Shown: one piece after another, positions 17,039 through 26,225 of the stretch | Position numbering within the stretch: position 1 is the stretch's first letter | Layout: every line of letters starts with the position of its first letter | Virus record (IMG/VR): IMGVR_UViG_3300005077_000055 | Location: 1 to 36,893 of that record | Source of the DNA: a virus | Lineage: Duplodnaviria > Caudoviricetes | DNA length: 36,893 bases | Strand: one strand, 5' to 3' | Program-made: the position numbers and the translations under genes | The notes under the pieces: generated by a model | Told to the model about the DNA's origin: nothing | The model's database searches: none | What the model saw: only the letters and a program-made list of their open reading frames with translations

Positions 17039-18163
17039 TCAGTACTGTTCCACTGCTGGGAAACGCAGTCCTTGCTCCACACGATTGTTGACAGCTCCCA
17101 GACCGTCTTCATCAACCGGGATATGGCGCGCTAGGGCTGCAAGATTGACTTGCGTCTCTGGATTCGCATCTTCAGAGTACAGCTCTAGCTTTCGAACAGC
17201 GGCCACATTGGCAACGATCATAGCCACATCTTCCCAGGCCTGGAACGAGATCAGGTTCGCGATCTTGTCGATATAGAACTTGGTAGCGTTCAACACGAAG
17301 AAGTGCCCGAAGAACTCAGGCTTGGTGAAGCAGTAGATGTTACCGGGTCGGAGGATGTCCGTCTTGATGGTACGAATAAAACCACGGCCCATAACAACGT
17401 TGTACTTGTACCCATCCACTGCAGTCTCACTCTGCAGCCTGTCGCCGAAATCTTCTACAGTCCATTGAAGGATGTCGTCCCAGTCTGGCTCCGTGATGAG
17501 CACGCGCTCAGCCTTCAAACGATTGCCATCCAACATCTTGAAGAGATTGACAAAGTCCGGGCGCTGCACAGGTCGCACTGTACTGTCGTCCACCTGGGCA
17601 GTTCTGGCGAGCTCACCCTTGCGGATAGAGAACTCGACAGCACCATTGTTGACCGTGGTCCAAGAGAGCGCTGTAGCCACACCGCCGTTAGCTTCAGTCT
17701 GAAGCGCCTGGCACGCTGCTTCGATGTGAATAGTGAACTCTCGGTCTTCGATCTCCTGAATGTCCTTCACGGAGTTCTCTTCAATGATGCGCGTGATGGG
17801 CATACCGTAGGCGAGCAGTTCCTGCTCAGTCTTCTGGAAGATCTCACTCGAGATAGTGAAAAAGCCAACTTCAACGCGCTCCGCTCGAATGAATCTGGCT
17901 GTGGGTTGCCCACGGAAGGAAATGGTCATAGCCCTAGACTTAGGCTCGAGCTGCACGATCTTGACCAATGTGTCGTGCTTGGTAGACACCTGACAGTCAT
18001 TCCGCGTCACCTGCTGTGGATTGAGAAGCTTACGCAGGAAAGATTCCTCGCGCAGGCGGTCACGAATATACTGACCTCCGTATTCAGCGAGTTTCTCTTT
18101 GCCTTCAGCGGTGCCGAGCTTCTGCGAGAACAAATCATTGAAAACTCTTGCCGGGGTATTCAT
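17039..18163 (-). CDS. Major capsid protein (probable HK97 fold)
   Basis: 374 aa, downstream of protease and scaffold-like genes. IRDRLREESFLRKLL (N-arm), a spine-helix-like IIEENSVKDIQEIEDREF, and a C-terminal FQAWEDVAMIVANVAAVRKL strand. Confidence 0.8.
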   Translation of the reverse strand: MNTPARVFNDLFSQKLGTAEGKEKLAEYGGQYIRDRLREESFLRKLLNPQQVTRNDCQVSTKHDTLVKIVQLEPKSRAMTISFRGQPTARFIRAERVEVGFFTISSEIFQKTEQELLAYGMPITRIIEENSVKDIQEIEDREFTIHIEAACQALQTEANGGVATALSWTTVNNGAVEFSIRKGELARTAQVDDSTVRPVQRPDFVNLFKMLDGNRLKAERVLITEPDWDDILQWTVEDFGDRLQSETAVDGYKYNVVMGRGFIRTIKTDILRPGNIYCFTKPEFFGHFFVLNATKFYIDKIANLISFQAWEDVAMIVANVAAVRKLELYSEDANPETQVNLAALARHIPVDEDGLGAVNNRVEQGLRFPAVEQY

Positions 18164-18189
18164 AGCTTACCTTCTTTCTCCGGTTGGCC

Positions 18190-18729
18190 TCAGCTTGCGA
18201 ACCCACTGCGAAGACGCAGCTTGCCTGTGGTACCCGGCAGTCTGGTCACATAGCCAACGATGGGATCTGTATCCGCCTGGGCTGGCCAACCATGGCCGAC
18301 AAGGCCGGAGTACAGCCTAGTCCCCACGCCACCTGGCTGAATCAGAGCGACTTTGAGAGCCTGCCCCACGTGCGCGATAGCCAGGCCAGTGCCCACAATG
18401 AGCGTCGCATCAAAAATACGAGTCTCGAATTCCCACTCACCGAGCCAAATCAATGGGACCTTGCTACCAGACAGAGCCTGGATATCGTAACGGCCCGGCT
18501 CCGCGAAGAGCGGGTAGGATCTGTAAACCGCTGTATCGACACCAACCACACCAGCGATGTCAACGGCACGCACTAGCTTGTTGGTATCGTCCAACCTGAG
18601 CCACTCCCCGTCGTACACGCGAAGTGCACTTGAAGGCCGAACGAGGGTTCTGTCAGCCATAGGAAAGTCCCGAGTCTGGTTCTTGAGCAAGTCCGACACG
18701 GGTTCAAAGTTCATTCTCCACTCAGTCAT
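18190..18729 (-). CDS. Probable capsid decoration/cement protein
   Basis: 179-aa beta-rich protein directly upstream of the capsid gene with an AGGAGG RBS. Ends in VGYVTRLP....KLRL. Confidence 0.55.
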   Translation of the reverse strand: MTEWRMNFEPVSDLLKNQTRDFPMADRTLVRPSSALRVYDGEWLRLDDTNKLVRAVDIAGVVGVDTAVYRSYPLFAEPGRYDIQALSGSKVPLIWLGEWEFETRIFDATLIVGTGLAIAHVGQALKVALIQPGGVGTRLYSGLVGHGWPAQADTDPIVGYVTRLPGTTGKLRLRSGFAS

Positions 18730-18745
18730 AGCGACCTCCTAAATC

Positions 18746-19087
18746 TCACGAGAGGACGTACGCCTCGATAGCATTTGCACTTGCATTCGAAGCAGCGTCA
18801 CTCAGTCCTAGCCTGGCACCCATGTCGGGGCCGAACATATCCACTGCGTCTTCACGCGTGGTAAGGGTCCTGTCGTCGAGGTTGGAGAGTTTCTCAATGA
18901 TGTCCTCAATAGGATCTGCATCGAGCCCCTTCTCCTGCATCTTGGCGGCTACCTTGGTGAGCCTATCTCTACGCTCATAAGCAGCCAGCTTGGTACGCAG
19001 CTCCTGAATTTCCTCCGCTTGAGCCCTAATGACAGGTCCCACCTCTTGGAGAACTTCAGCGAGCTTACTTGCGCTGAGCTTGTTCAT
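18746..19087 (-). CDS. Small coiled-coil scaffold-like protein
   Basis: IRAQAEEIQELRTKLAAYERRDRLTKVAAKM coiled coil with several K-x-A motifs. GGAGG RBS. Confidence 0.6.
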   Translation of the reverse strand: MNKLSASKLAEVLQEVGPVIRAQAEEIQELRTKLAAYERRDRLTKVAAKMQEKGLDADPIEDIIEKLSNLDDRTLTTREDAVDMFGPDMGARLGLSDAASNASANAIEAYVLS

Positions 19088-19089
19088 GA

Positions 19090-20364
19090 TCAGCCTCCCG
19101 CCTTACGGCTAAGAATCTCGCGCATTGCGGCCACCTTGAGTTTGGCACTAGAGATTTTGGCTCCCGCCTCATCCGTATGCGCAAATGCCGCGTTCAAGGT
19201 GTGATCATGCGCTGACGATTGCATTGGCTCACGAATGTACGCGTTCATATCGGACTTCTGCGGTGCCTTAGCCTGGCGCCTGGTCAGATTGATAGCCGCC
19301 TCATTGCTACCCACCATGTCAGCTCCGGCCGGAAGCGGAACTGTCCTCTGCCCGGACTCGGAAACATCGGGCGGCACAGCTGCTTGACCAGAAATACGCG
19401 CTGGGTTGATAGCGTCTTCCGCAAGCTTCTTCTGCGCGGCCATCTTACGGATGGCATGTAGGGGAATGCGAGCAGAGGCCTGAACCGTCATACCTTCTTG
19501 AGGGGCAGCGGGCTGTCCACCGCCAGCTAGTCGGTAGGCGCCGTAGCCTAGGCCAGCTAGAGCACCAGCCCCTGCTAGTCCTGTCCCAATTTGAGCGGTT
19601 CTACGAAGAGCAGTGGACCCCTGGCGGTCCATCAAGGTCTCCCAGTACTTCGATAGAAGACCCGGATCGACACCAGCTTCAGCAGCTTGCTCAAGCTGTG
19701 CCGCCACGGGCGCCGTTGTGGGTGCCACTGCTGGCGCCGCATCAGCAACCTGACCAACTGTACGTTCTACAACAGGCGCAGACTGTGTCGTTACCGGGGC
19801 AATTACATTCCCAGTCTGTGCTGGCGGAATTGGCGGCACCTGTTGTGGAAGTTGCTGCCCCGAGGGTGGTAAAGGCCCGGCTTGCTTCGTGAGTCTACTC
19901 AGATTCCTACGGTAGAGCGCCGATGAAACCTTCTGCGTACCCGCACCAGCACCGGGAGCCCGATTGGCGTCATTGGCCATCTGGTTGGCGGCATCGGATG
20001 GTCGCGCCTTCTGAAGACCAGGATTGATAGGAGGCTGGTTAGCTGGGATAGCCCGACCAGGATCCGTTGGGATAGGAGATCCGCCGGGGGATTCCATCAC
20101 ATGAAGAGCACCCGGACCTTCCCCTGGTGCCTGTTCGGCGGCTTCCTTGTGGAAAACCTCCGCAATGTAATCACAAGCCGAGGCGAGCTTGAGGGCGTAT
20201 TCATAGTCAACACCGGTTGAGGCAGCTGTAGGCTGGTCGTTGGTGCTGGCTGTTTTCTCACCCCCAAGCTGACGCTCGGCCTCCGCAGCGATTTGGGCGC
20301 GGGAGAGCGCCCCGGCCATCGCCGACTTGACCATATCATGAATCGTGGGTCGAGCAGCAGACAT
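19090..20364 (-). CDS. Scaffold/internal head protein with many K-x-A/S motifs
   Basis: GGAGG RBS before ATG 20364. Motifs EKTAS, LKLAS, HKEAA, QKVSS, TKQAG, RKMAA, KKLAE, AKISS. Internal Gly-rich helix. Confidence 0.6.
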   Translation of the reverse strand: MSAARPTIHDMVKSAMAGALSRAQIAAEAERQLGGEKTASTNDQPTAASTGVDYEYALKLASACDYIAEVFHKEAAEQAPGEGPGALHVMESPGGSPIPTDPGRAIPANQPPINPGLQKARPSDAANQMANDANRAPGAGAGTQKVSSALYRRNLSRLTKQAGPLPPSGQQLPQQVPPIPPAQTGNVIAPVTTQSAPVVERTVGQVADAAPAVAPTTAPVAAQLEQAAEAGVDPGLLSKYWETLMDRQGSTALRRTAQIGTGLAGAGALAGLGYGAYRLAGGGQPAAPQEGMTVQASARIPLHAIRKMAAQKKLAEDAINPARISGQAAVPPDVSESGQRTVPLPAGADMVGSNEAAINLTRRQAKAPQKSDMNAYIREPMQSSAHDHTLNAAFAHTDEAGAKISSAKLKVAAMREILSRKAGG

Positions 20365-20395
20365 TGGATCCTCCAAAGTTCAAATCCAAGGGTTC

Positions 20396-20421
20396 GGGTA
20401 GGGGACCAATATCCCCTACCC
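20396..20421. promoter_or_regulatory. Intergenic stem-loop (possible terminator/attenuator or mRNA-stabilising hairpin)
   Basis: Perfect 10-bp inverted repeat GGGTAGGGGA-ccaata-TCCCCTACCC, with no clean U-tract. Confidence 0.55.
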
Positions 20422-20436
20422 CGCGCCCGTCCTCAC

Positions 20437-21393
20437 TCACCAGTTGACCGGGTAACCGGCAACCTCCAGCAGTTCGAGAGCTCTGATCTCCACTGCTTCC
20501 TCGAAGCTAGAACCGGCTGCGACCTTGGTATTGTCTTGGTCGGCAAGACCGAGAACCAAAACAGCCTGGAGACGCTGAGCAGCTTCTTCTGGTTGGAAGC
20601 CTGCTTCGGCAGCCTTGTTGAATGCTACTTCAGATGCGATCTCGTCGAGGGCTGAGGACCGTGATTCCTTGCCTTCGTTCTTCTTGCTGAGGTGGTGAGC
20701 TAGAAGTGCCCCGCCTCCTAGTGCCGCTGCACCAGCTGCGGCACCACCACCGTAACGCCACGGGTGGTCCTTGATGTGCCTCCACGCTGCCCCGGCATGT
20801 TGCCGAAGGGAGCCGCGGAGAGACTTGTCGTTGGCCGTGAAGTGACCGACACCTGTATTATGGGTCTCGCGCCCAGCTGCAGTGGACATACCCGCAATGT
20901 TATCGCTCACGGGGGTACTATGTGACCGATTACTTGTACTATGGATCGTACCCTCACCGATGGCGCCACCTATGCGCTTGTTCAGAGCACCGCGCGAGGG
21001 TTCATTGGCAGCAGGGCCGCGCTCAGGGCGGTGCTTTCTCAAATCAACCTTGTCCTCACCATCCGCGGCGATCTTGTTGAGCTCCTGCACGTAGGCATGA
21101 GCCATGACGCGCCCAAGGAAATCTGCCTCGGCGAACTTCTCAGCAGAGGCCCTCTTCTCCTCAACCTCTCTCTTGGCCTCTTCAACCTTTCTATCTACGT
21201 CATCCCCTGCAGTCTTGGCGAAGGTCTGGTTCCAGAGGTAGGTAACCTGTTCATCACTCAAAGTGTTGAGGTCGATACCGTTATCAGCAGCGAGCTTGCT
21301 GAAGTACTCGGCTTGCGCTTGCTTTTCGAAATCCTCCGCGGATGCGGTCTTGGTGCCGTACATCTCGGCCAGGAACTGATCCATTCCACTCAT
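20437..21393 (-). CDS. Scaffold/internal head protein with many K-x-A motifs
   Basis: Directly follows the protease, with a GAAGGAG RBS. Motifs TKTAS, EKQAQ, SKLAA, AKTAG, EKRAS, EKFAE, NKIAA, NKAAE, TKVAA. Confidence 0.65.
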   Translation of the reverse strand: MSGMDQFLAEMYGTKTASAEDFEKQAQAEYFSKLAADNGIDLNTLSDEQVTYLWNQTFAKTAGDDVDRKVEEAKREVEEKRASAEKFAEADFLGRVMAHAYVQELNKIAADGEDKVDLRKHRPERGPAANEPSRGALNKRIGGAIGEGTIHSTSNRSHSTPVSDNIAGMSTAAGRETHNTGVGHFTANDKSLRGSLRQHAGAAWRHIKDHPWRYGGGAAAGAAALGGGALLAHHLSKKNEGKESRSSALDEIASEVAFNKAAEAGFQPEEAAQRLQAVLVLGLADQDNTKVAAGSSFEEAVEIRALELLEVAGYPVNW

Positions 21394-21486
21394 GACATGT
21401 CTCCTTCACTCAGATTTTCGTTAGCTGGGTAGGCTACGTATCCCTGAGGGACGGACCCTCTCCACGTCGTGATGAGCACCCTATGC

Positions 21487-24195
21487 TCACCCATCCGTGC
21501 CCACTTCTTCCCAGTGAGCTTCGCGGATATAATCGAAGAACTCTGGGCTGAGCATCGCCTCGGAGGACATGGCTAGTTTCTGACCTTTTGGTTGAAGGTC
21601 ATGAACTTGTCTTAGGTCTTCTCTAGCTAGCTTCATGAGTGAACGCCGGTAGCCGTTGTATGCAGCGCCTATCTTAGAAAGCAGCTTGCTAGAAAGGGAA
21701 GAATACCTTTTGGGAGTACCCTCTGGCACACGGCTGGCGTGAATGATCCTACGTTCGATAATGGGACCGAACGCGCTGCGTTCACTCGTAAAATCAGCTA
21801 GAATATCTGCGATGCGTTTGTCAAAGTGGCCGAGCGAGAGTGGCACGTCATGAGAGTCATTTGTCTTGGGGAAGACAATGCGCTTCCTCTCAAAATCGTC
21901 AGCGACTGGTCCAAGACCTAGTCTGACTATGATGATTCTTTGAAACTCTTTAGGTTTTAGGACAATGCCTAACGTAGACGCAGTAGACAATGACTTATCT
22001 ACATCGCGGGCCATAGTGTCTAGAACATCACTAGGAATATCTCTCTCACAGCGCCCGATAGTAATGGCGCTCTTAGGGGAGAACTGAGGGACTACATCCT
22101 TCTCCATCTCGCCGCGCTTGGCTAGTGCACTCTTACCTAGAAAGGCAGCCTTTAGGAGCTCATCATCAATGGAGGCCTGCTTTGTAGACTCTGGCACATC
22201 TTCATAGCCTAGCTTCTCAGCTAATTCGGCCCCCGGTAGCTCCCATTGTCTGGGAACCTGGATCATAGCCGTCTTGATGTGGAGCATAACCTTCGCGGTC
22301 TTATCAGCACCTATAAATACGAAAGAGATGTCGAAGAATCTGGGGTAGTCATTGTAGACAAAGACTTTGCGACCATCATGAAGTATCCTGTTAGGACTCT
22401 GCTTCATATGGTTGCAATTATGAACGGACAGACACCCAACCACATACGAGTTGTCCTGCGCCACCTCCATGTTGTGCACAGTACCAGCGTAGGGGGTGCG
22501 CTTTACTGAACGGACTGTGGAACACAAATAGTTCTTCCAGAAGAAGAGCTTGCTCTGCTTCTCAAACACTTGCTGTCCACGGCTCTCCATTAGCGCTGCA
22601 GCAGCGTCACCACAGAAGTGTAGGTACCAACCCTCCTGATGCCCGTAGTTGGTTTCGCGTTCGCAGAAAGAGATACCGGCTAGGATACCTACCCCAGCTG
22701 CCAATAATTGCATCTGATGGGCTAGGTCATAAGACGCGCTGAACGCGCGGTTGATACTCCGCTCTGAATCCAAGGAGCCATCGCCTTGTGCCCAGCCCAG
22801 AAGTACTGCATGAGCGAAGTACTTGCCGTAAGACCAAACACACGCAGCCAACGTCTTCGTATGGCTACCCCGACCTCCATGCTGCACCAACCACTCAGCT
22901 ACCGGCCTGCTATTGACACAAACGCCGACAGCCTCAGCGTCGTCATACTCAACCAAGCGCCAGGTTAGATCCGGATCGATCTTTCTAGCTGCCTGCACAA
23001 TCGAGTCGATGACTTCACGCTCGTTTCCATGAAGGGTGAACTCTATAGCTTTGGGCCAGGCAACACCTTTGGAGAAATGAGGGTTGCCCTCCGCTAGGTA
23101 GAGGCCCAGTAACCAACCTAGTTCAACTTCGTAAGGCGCCGACTCCTCGATTGTCGGTATGGGCAAGAAGACAACGTCACGTGGCCTGATATCCTCTGCG
23201 GCCACCCATTGCGGTGGGTTCTTGTCCAACTGCCCCACGCGGCCACCGTGCACATTCGCTCTAGTCCTAGCAACTAGGTAAGGGTGCTCCTCAGTACTGC
23301 GTACGTCGCCTAGACAGTACGTTTTTATTGTTACGAGTTCCTCAGCTATTTCCCTACTGCTGACACGCAACACGGGCTGTACTGCGCCTGTATGCGTTCG
23401 TACAAGATCGCCAATATACACACGCTCGATAGGCCGATAACTCCCATCGGCTAGCAGCACAGGGGTACCTGGTGGGAAACAGTAATCCTTACGTGTAATA
23501 GACAGACCTTGGATACCATGACCACGCTCCGCAACTAGTTTTCTATGATAGGCTAGAACTGCCTCGCCTGGATGCTTATGAATCCTAGGGTCGAAGGTAG
23601 CCTGGGCCTTACGGTAGGCGTCCCAATCCAAACAGATAGCACAAGTGTCGAATGGCACTTTTGAGCCCATGCTCACATCGACAAACATCCCCATCTTGAG
23701 TTTGTCCCAAACCGCTTGGCCGCCGAAGCGCATGCACTTGTCCAGGTCTGCCCGGATAACAAGCTCAACACGTTTCATGTGATCGTTCCAGGCAGCTAGC
23801 TCTACCTCTCCATAGGCACGGGTCGAATCCTTGTTACGATGATGAGCGTAGGGATGAGCATTGTAAAAGGTAGGAAAACCGTAAGGCCAATTCTTAGCTG
23901 CAACGCGATCGTAGGCCGGTATACCCTTCCATCCATCTGGGCAGTGAATGAGACTTGCTTCAGGAAATGCGTCTGCATTGATATTACTGCCGTAAAATTC
24001 ACTAGCCCCCATGGCGTTGACTAGCACGTACTGTGAGTCGCGGACTGGTCTTAGCTCAGAGATATATTGGGCGACACTTGGTAGAAGCGATGGAGCAGCC
24101 AACTTCTCAAAGACTGGGTCTGCTGATGTGAAGAGTGGGATTACTTGTGGCCCCCACTCCTCCGAGGCGCCGTGGAAGACGGAGACCTTGTACAT
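21487..24195 (-). CDS. Prohead (capsid maturation) protease, intein-containing, with C-terminal extension
   Basis: N.NADAF, YAHHRNK (His), VSMGSKV (Ser), FFDISFVFIGADKTA (acidic residue region), and a C-A-I-C...C-N-H metal motif. Lies upstream of the scaffold and capsid genes. Confidence 0.8.
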   Translation of the reverse strand: MYKVSVFHGASEEWGPQVIPLFTSADPVFEKLAAPSLLPSVAQYISELRPVRDSQYVLVNAMGASEFYGSNINADAFPEASLIHCPDGWKGIPAYDRVAAKNWPYGFPTFYNAHPYAHHRNKDSTRAYGEVELAAWNDHMKRVELVIRADLDKCMRFGGQAVWDKLKMGMFVDVSMGSKVPFDTCAICLDWDAYRKAQATFDPRIHKHPGEAVLAYHRKLVAERGHGIQGLSITRKDYCFPPGTPVLLADGSYRPIERVYIGDLVRTHTGAVQPVLRVSSREIAEELVTIKTYCLGDVRSTEEHPYLVARTRANVHGGRVGQLDKNPPQWVAAEDIRPRDVVFLPIPTIEESAPYEVELGWLLGLYLAEGNPHFSKGVAWPKAIEFTLHGNEREVIDSIVQAARKIDPDLTWRLVEYDDAEAVGVCVNSRPVAEWLVQHGGRGSHTKTLAACVWSYGKYFAHAVLLGWAQGDGSLDSERSINRAFSASYDLAHQMQLLAAGVGILAGISFCERETNYGHQEGWYLHFCGDAAAALMESRGQQVFEKQSKLFFWKNYLCSTVRSVKRTPYAGTVHNMEVAQDNSYVVGCLSVHNCNHMKQSPNRILHDGRKVFVYNDYPRFFDISFVFIGADKTAKVMLHIKTAMIQVPRQWELPGAELAEKLGYEDVPESTKQASIDDELLKAAFLGKSALAKRGEMEKDVVPQFSPKSAITIGRCERDIPSDVLDTMARDVDKSLSTASTLGIVLKPKEFQRIIIVRLGLGPVADDFERKRIVFPKTNDSHDVPLSLGHFDKRIADILADFTSERSAFGPIIERRIIHASRVPEGTPKRYSSLSSKLLSKIGAAYNGYRRSLMKLAREDLRQVHDLQPKGQKLAMSSEAMLSPEFFDYIREAHWEEVGTDG
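22417..23481 (-). mobile_element. Intein with LAGLIDADG homing endonuclease in the prohead protease (355 aa)
   Basis: Block A CFPPGTPVLLADG, block B STEEHPYL, endonuclease motifs LLGLYLAEG and LLGWAQGDG, blocks F/G VHNMEVAQDNSYVVGCLSVHN followed by +1 Cys. Confidence 0.93.
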
Positions 24196-24215
24196 GACTT
24201 ATTTACCTCTACGGA

Positions 24216-24992
24216 TCAGAATCTACCTGCTCGACGGGCTGCCTCTTCGTTCTTAGGATCCAACTCCCATGCCGTCGTGGGATTGAACCCTGGACCGATA
24301 CCTGGTCTGGCCCTGAGCTTGTCAGGGTCAGTCGAGAGATCCAGCTGACGCTTGTTTCTCATCAAGGTCATGGCACTAGTATGTGCATTCCTCGCTCTGA
24401 GATTCTCTACGTCCATATTTAGCTGACCTTTGAGTTGTTCTCTTCTAGAGCCCAAGGTGTGTTCCAAATCCTTCAGCCTGGCTTGCATATTCTCATCGTG
24501 CGGGCGCATACCTTTTAGGACGGCACTCCTAGCCCCCTCACCAACATCACCTGGGATCATGTGCTGACCGCGTAACGCCTCTTGCATGATCCCAGCTGCT
24601 CCCATAGGAGACTCCATCATATTACTAACGTAGGAACCAGCCACCAACGGGTCTTTAGATAAATCCGGGGCGAAGGTTCGAAGGGATGTAAAGGCTCGAT
24701 TGATCGCCTTCTGATCGTGGTGCTCCTTGAGATGCGGATTCGCCTCCAGCATGCCTCGGAAATCACGCGACTTCGTAGCCGCATTCCACAATGCGTTGAC
24801 GCCAGCCGCAGCACCAGTAAGTGCACCTCCGGCTACACCCAACGCCGCGCCGCCGATGAGAGCGTGCGCGAATGTATTAGGAACATCCTGTGCAGCTCCA
24901 CGAAATGCATTACTGATGTTCTGCCAATCGGCTGTCTTCTCAATACGGCTACCATGCTTAGTAGCCAGAAACTCATCAAGAGGATTCATCAT
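24216..24992 (-). CDS. Putative internal head protein with glycine-zipper helix
   Basis: IEKTAD motif followed by ALIGGAALGVAGGALTGAAAGV. AGGAG RBS. Confidence 0.6.
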   Translation of the reverse strand: MMNPLDEFLATKHGSRIEKTADWQNISNAFRGAAQDVPNTFAHALIGGAALGVAGGALTGAAAGVNALWNAATKSRDFRGMLEANPHLKEHHDQKAINRAFTSLRTFAPDLSKDPLVAGSYVSNMMESPMGAAGIMQEALRGQHMIPGDVGEGARSAVLKGMRPHDENMQARLKDLEHTLGSRREQLKGQLNMDVENLRARNAHTSAMTLMRNKRQLDLSTDPDKLRARPGIGPGFNPTTAWELDPKNEEAARRAGRF

Positions 24993-24998
24993 GCGCTC

Positions 24999-26225
24999 CT
25001 AGTAATACCCGCCGCCACCGGCGTCGTAGCCACCTGGTAGAGCTGCGCCCACTCGCATACCCAACCCCTGCACCGTGGCAATAGGCGACGTAAGGGCCCC
25101 GCCAATCGGATTAGTTTGGGCTAAGCCTTGCAATGCACTATGACCAATTACAAGCGGCATGCCAAGAGCCAAACCCTGCCCAGCCCTCCTACCACCCCAA
25201 TCTAGCAACTTATGAATCTCTGTGTGCTCCGGCTTGTTACCCAACAACAACTTGCCAGCGCCACCGACAATTTTCTGCCCCACATTGCCAGCGTGATGCA
25301 GCAAGCCATGCCCGGGTTCAAACGCGTACTTAGCTAAAAAGCCAGTGAGCTGGCCTACGCCTACACCAACTTCCTCGCGCAAGGCTCTAGTACTAGCGAG
25401 TTTGTCCAAACAGTCACAGTAAGAGTCGTAGAGCACTACCAGTGGATGCTGTGGATTTGGTACCCTAGCGGACCCTAGCTTCTCCAACGAGGCGCCTAGC
25501 TCTCCGTACGATTGAAAAACACCATTCTCCACAAGTCCGCCGCTGATGGACGCAAAGGCGCATTTGACGTATTCGGGATCTTCTCTGACGCCACCCCACA
25601 CCTGCACTACCTCGCCCAAACTGTGACCCTGAGCGCACGCCTGCTTTACTTCTTCGAAAATCGCATTGGTTATATCAGCGTACTCAGTCTCCAGCGCACT
25701 GAGCTCGGCTGTGAGATGCTCATAAGTCCCTGCTAACTTGTCCCGCATGCTGACACAATCGCCGAACGGGTTGTACTCTGGGTACACCTGGCCACTAGCG
25801 CCTAGCAACTTGAACAGTAATTCTTCATCAGCGGCTGAGGTCTTGTGTGTCTCCTCTGGCGGTATATCGTAATCGTGCGTCGATGAGTCGTAAGTCGCTC
25901 CACCGCCACCGTCGTTCAAATCGCGCAGGATCTCTCCAGTACTGGCCGGTCCACCCTTACCGAAGTCCACAACTTTGTGTTCGGCATCTTCTTTCTTGAA
26001 CTCACCTAGGTAAGCCGATACATTTGTGAACTCAACGACTCGCTGAACCTGTTCTGGAGACAATCCCGCATGTTTGACAGTCTCTACTACGGCCTCGTTC
26101 AGGTCTCTGGCCTGCCCAGAGGCCCACATAGCGGAGGCCTTCTTGCCCAATAGCTCAAGGTGCTCACCACTGATGGGCCGGGCTTTCGATTGCTGCTGGA
26201 ACCACTGCGCCGGAAGGTTATTCAT
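24999..26225 (-). CDS. Putative head morphogenesis/core protein (helical, K-x-A motifs)
   Basis: 408-aa ORF with KKAS, KHAG, KTSAA, DKLAG, EKLGS, DKLAS and AKYAF, a central coiled coil, and a Gly-rich tail. Confidence 0.6.
   Translation of the reverse strand: MNNLPAQWFQQQSKARPISGEHLELLGKKASAMWASGQARDLNEAVVETVKHAGLSPEQVQRVVEFTNVSAYLGEFKKEDAEHKVVDFGKGGPASTGEILRDLNDGGGGATYDSSTHDYDIPPEETHKTSAADEELLFKLLGASGQVYPEYNPFGDCVSMRDKLAGTYEHLTAELSALETEYADITNAIFEEVKQACAQGHSLGEVVQVWGGVREDPEYVKCAFASISGGLVENGVFQSYGELGASLEKLGSARVPNPQHPLVVLYDSYCDCLDKLASTRALREEVGVGVGQLTGFLAKYAFEPGHGLLHHAGNVGQKIVGGAGKLLLGNKPEHTEIHKLLDWGGRRAGQGLALGMPLVIGHSALQGLAQTNPIGGALTSPIATVQGLGMRVGAALPGGYDAGGGGYY

Noticed and set aside
13780-18163. 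Interpretation as a cellular encapsulin plus ferritin cargo operon
   Set aside because: The shell gene sits among protease, scaffold, neck and tail genes. The encapsulin link is kept only as an analogy.
17303-18253. 316-aa plus-strand ORF antisense to the capsid gene, and the many other plus-strand ORFs in the track
   Set aside because: They are shadows of well-supported minus-strand genes, with no motifs or RBS and atypical composition.
21394-21486. Possible structured ncRNA between the protease and scaffold genes
   Set aside because: Only short stems (e.g. GAGGG-n5-CCCTC) are present, with no recognisable RNA family.
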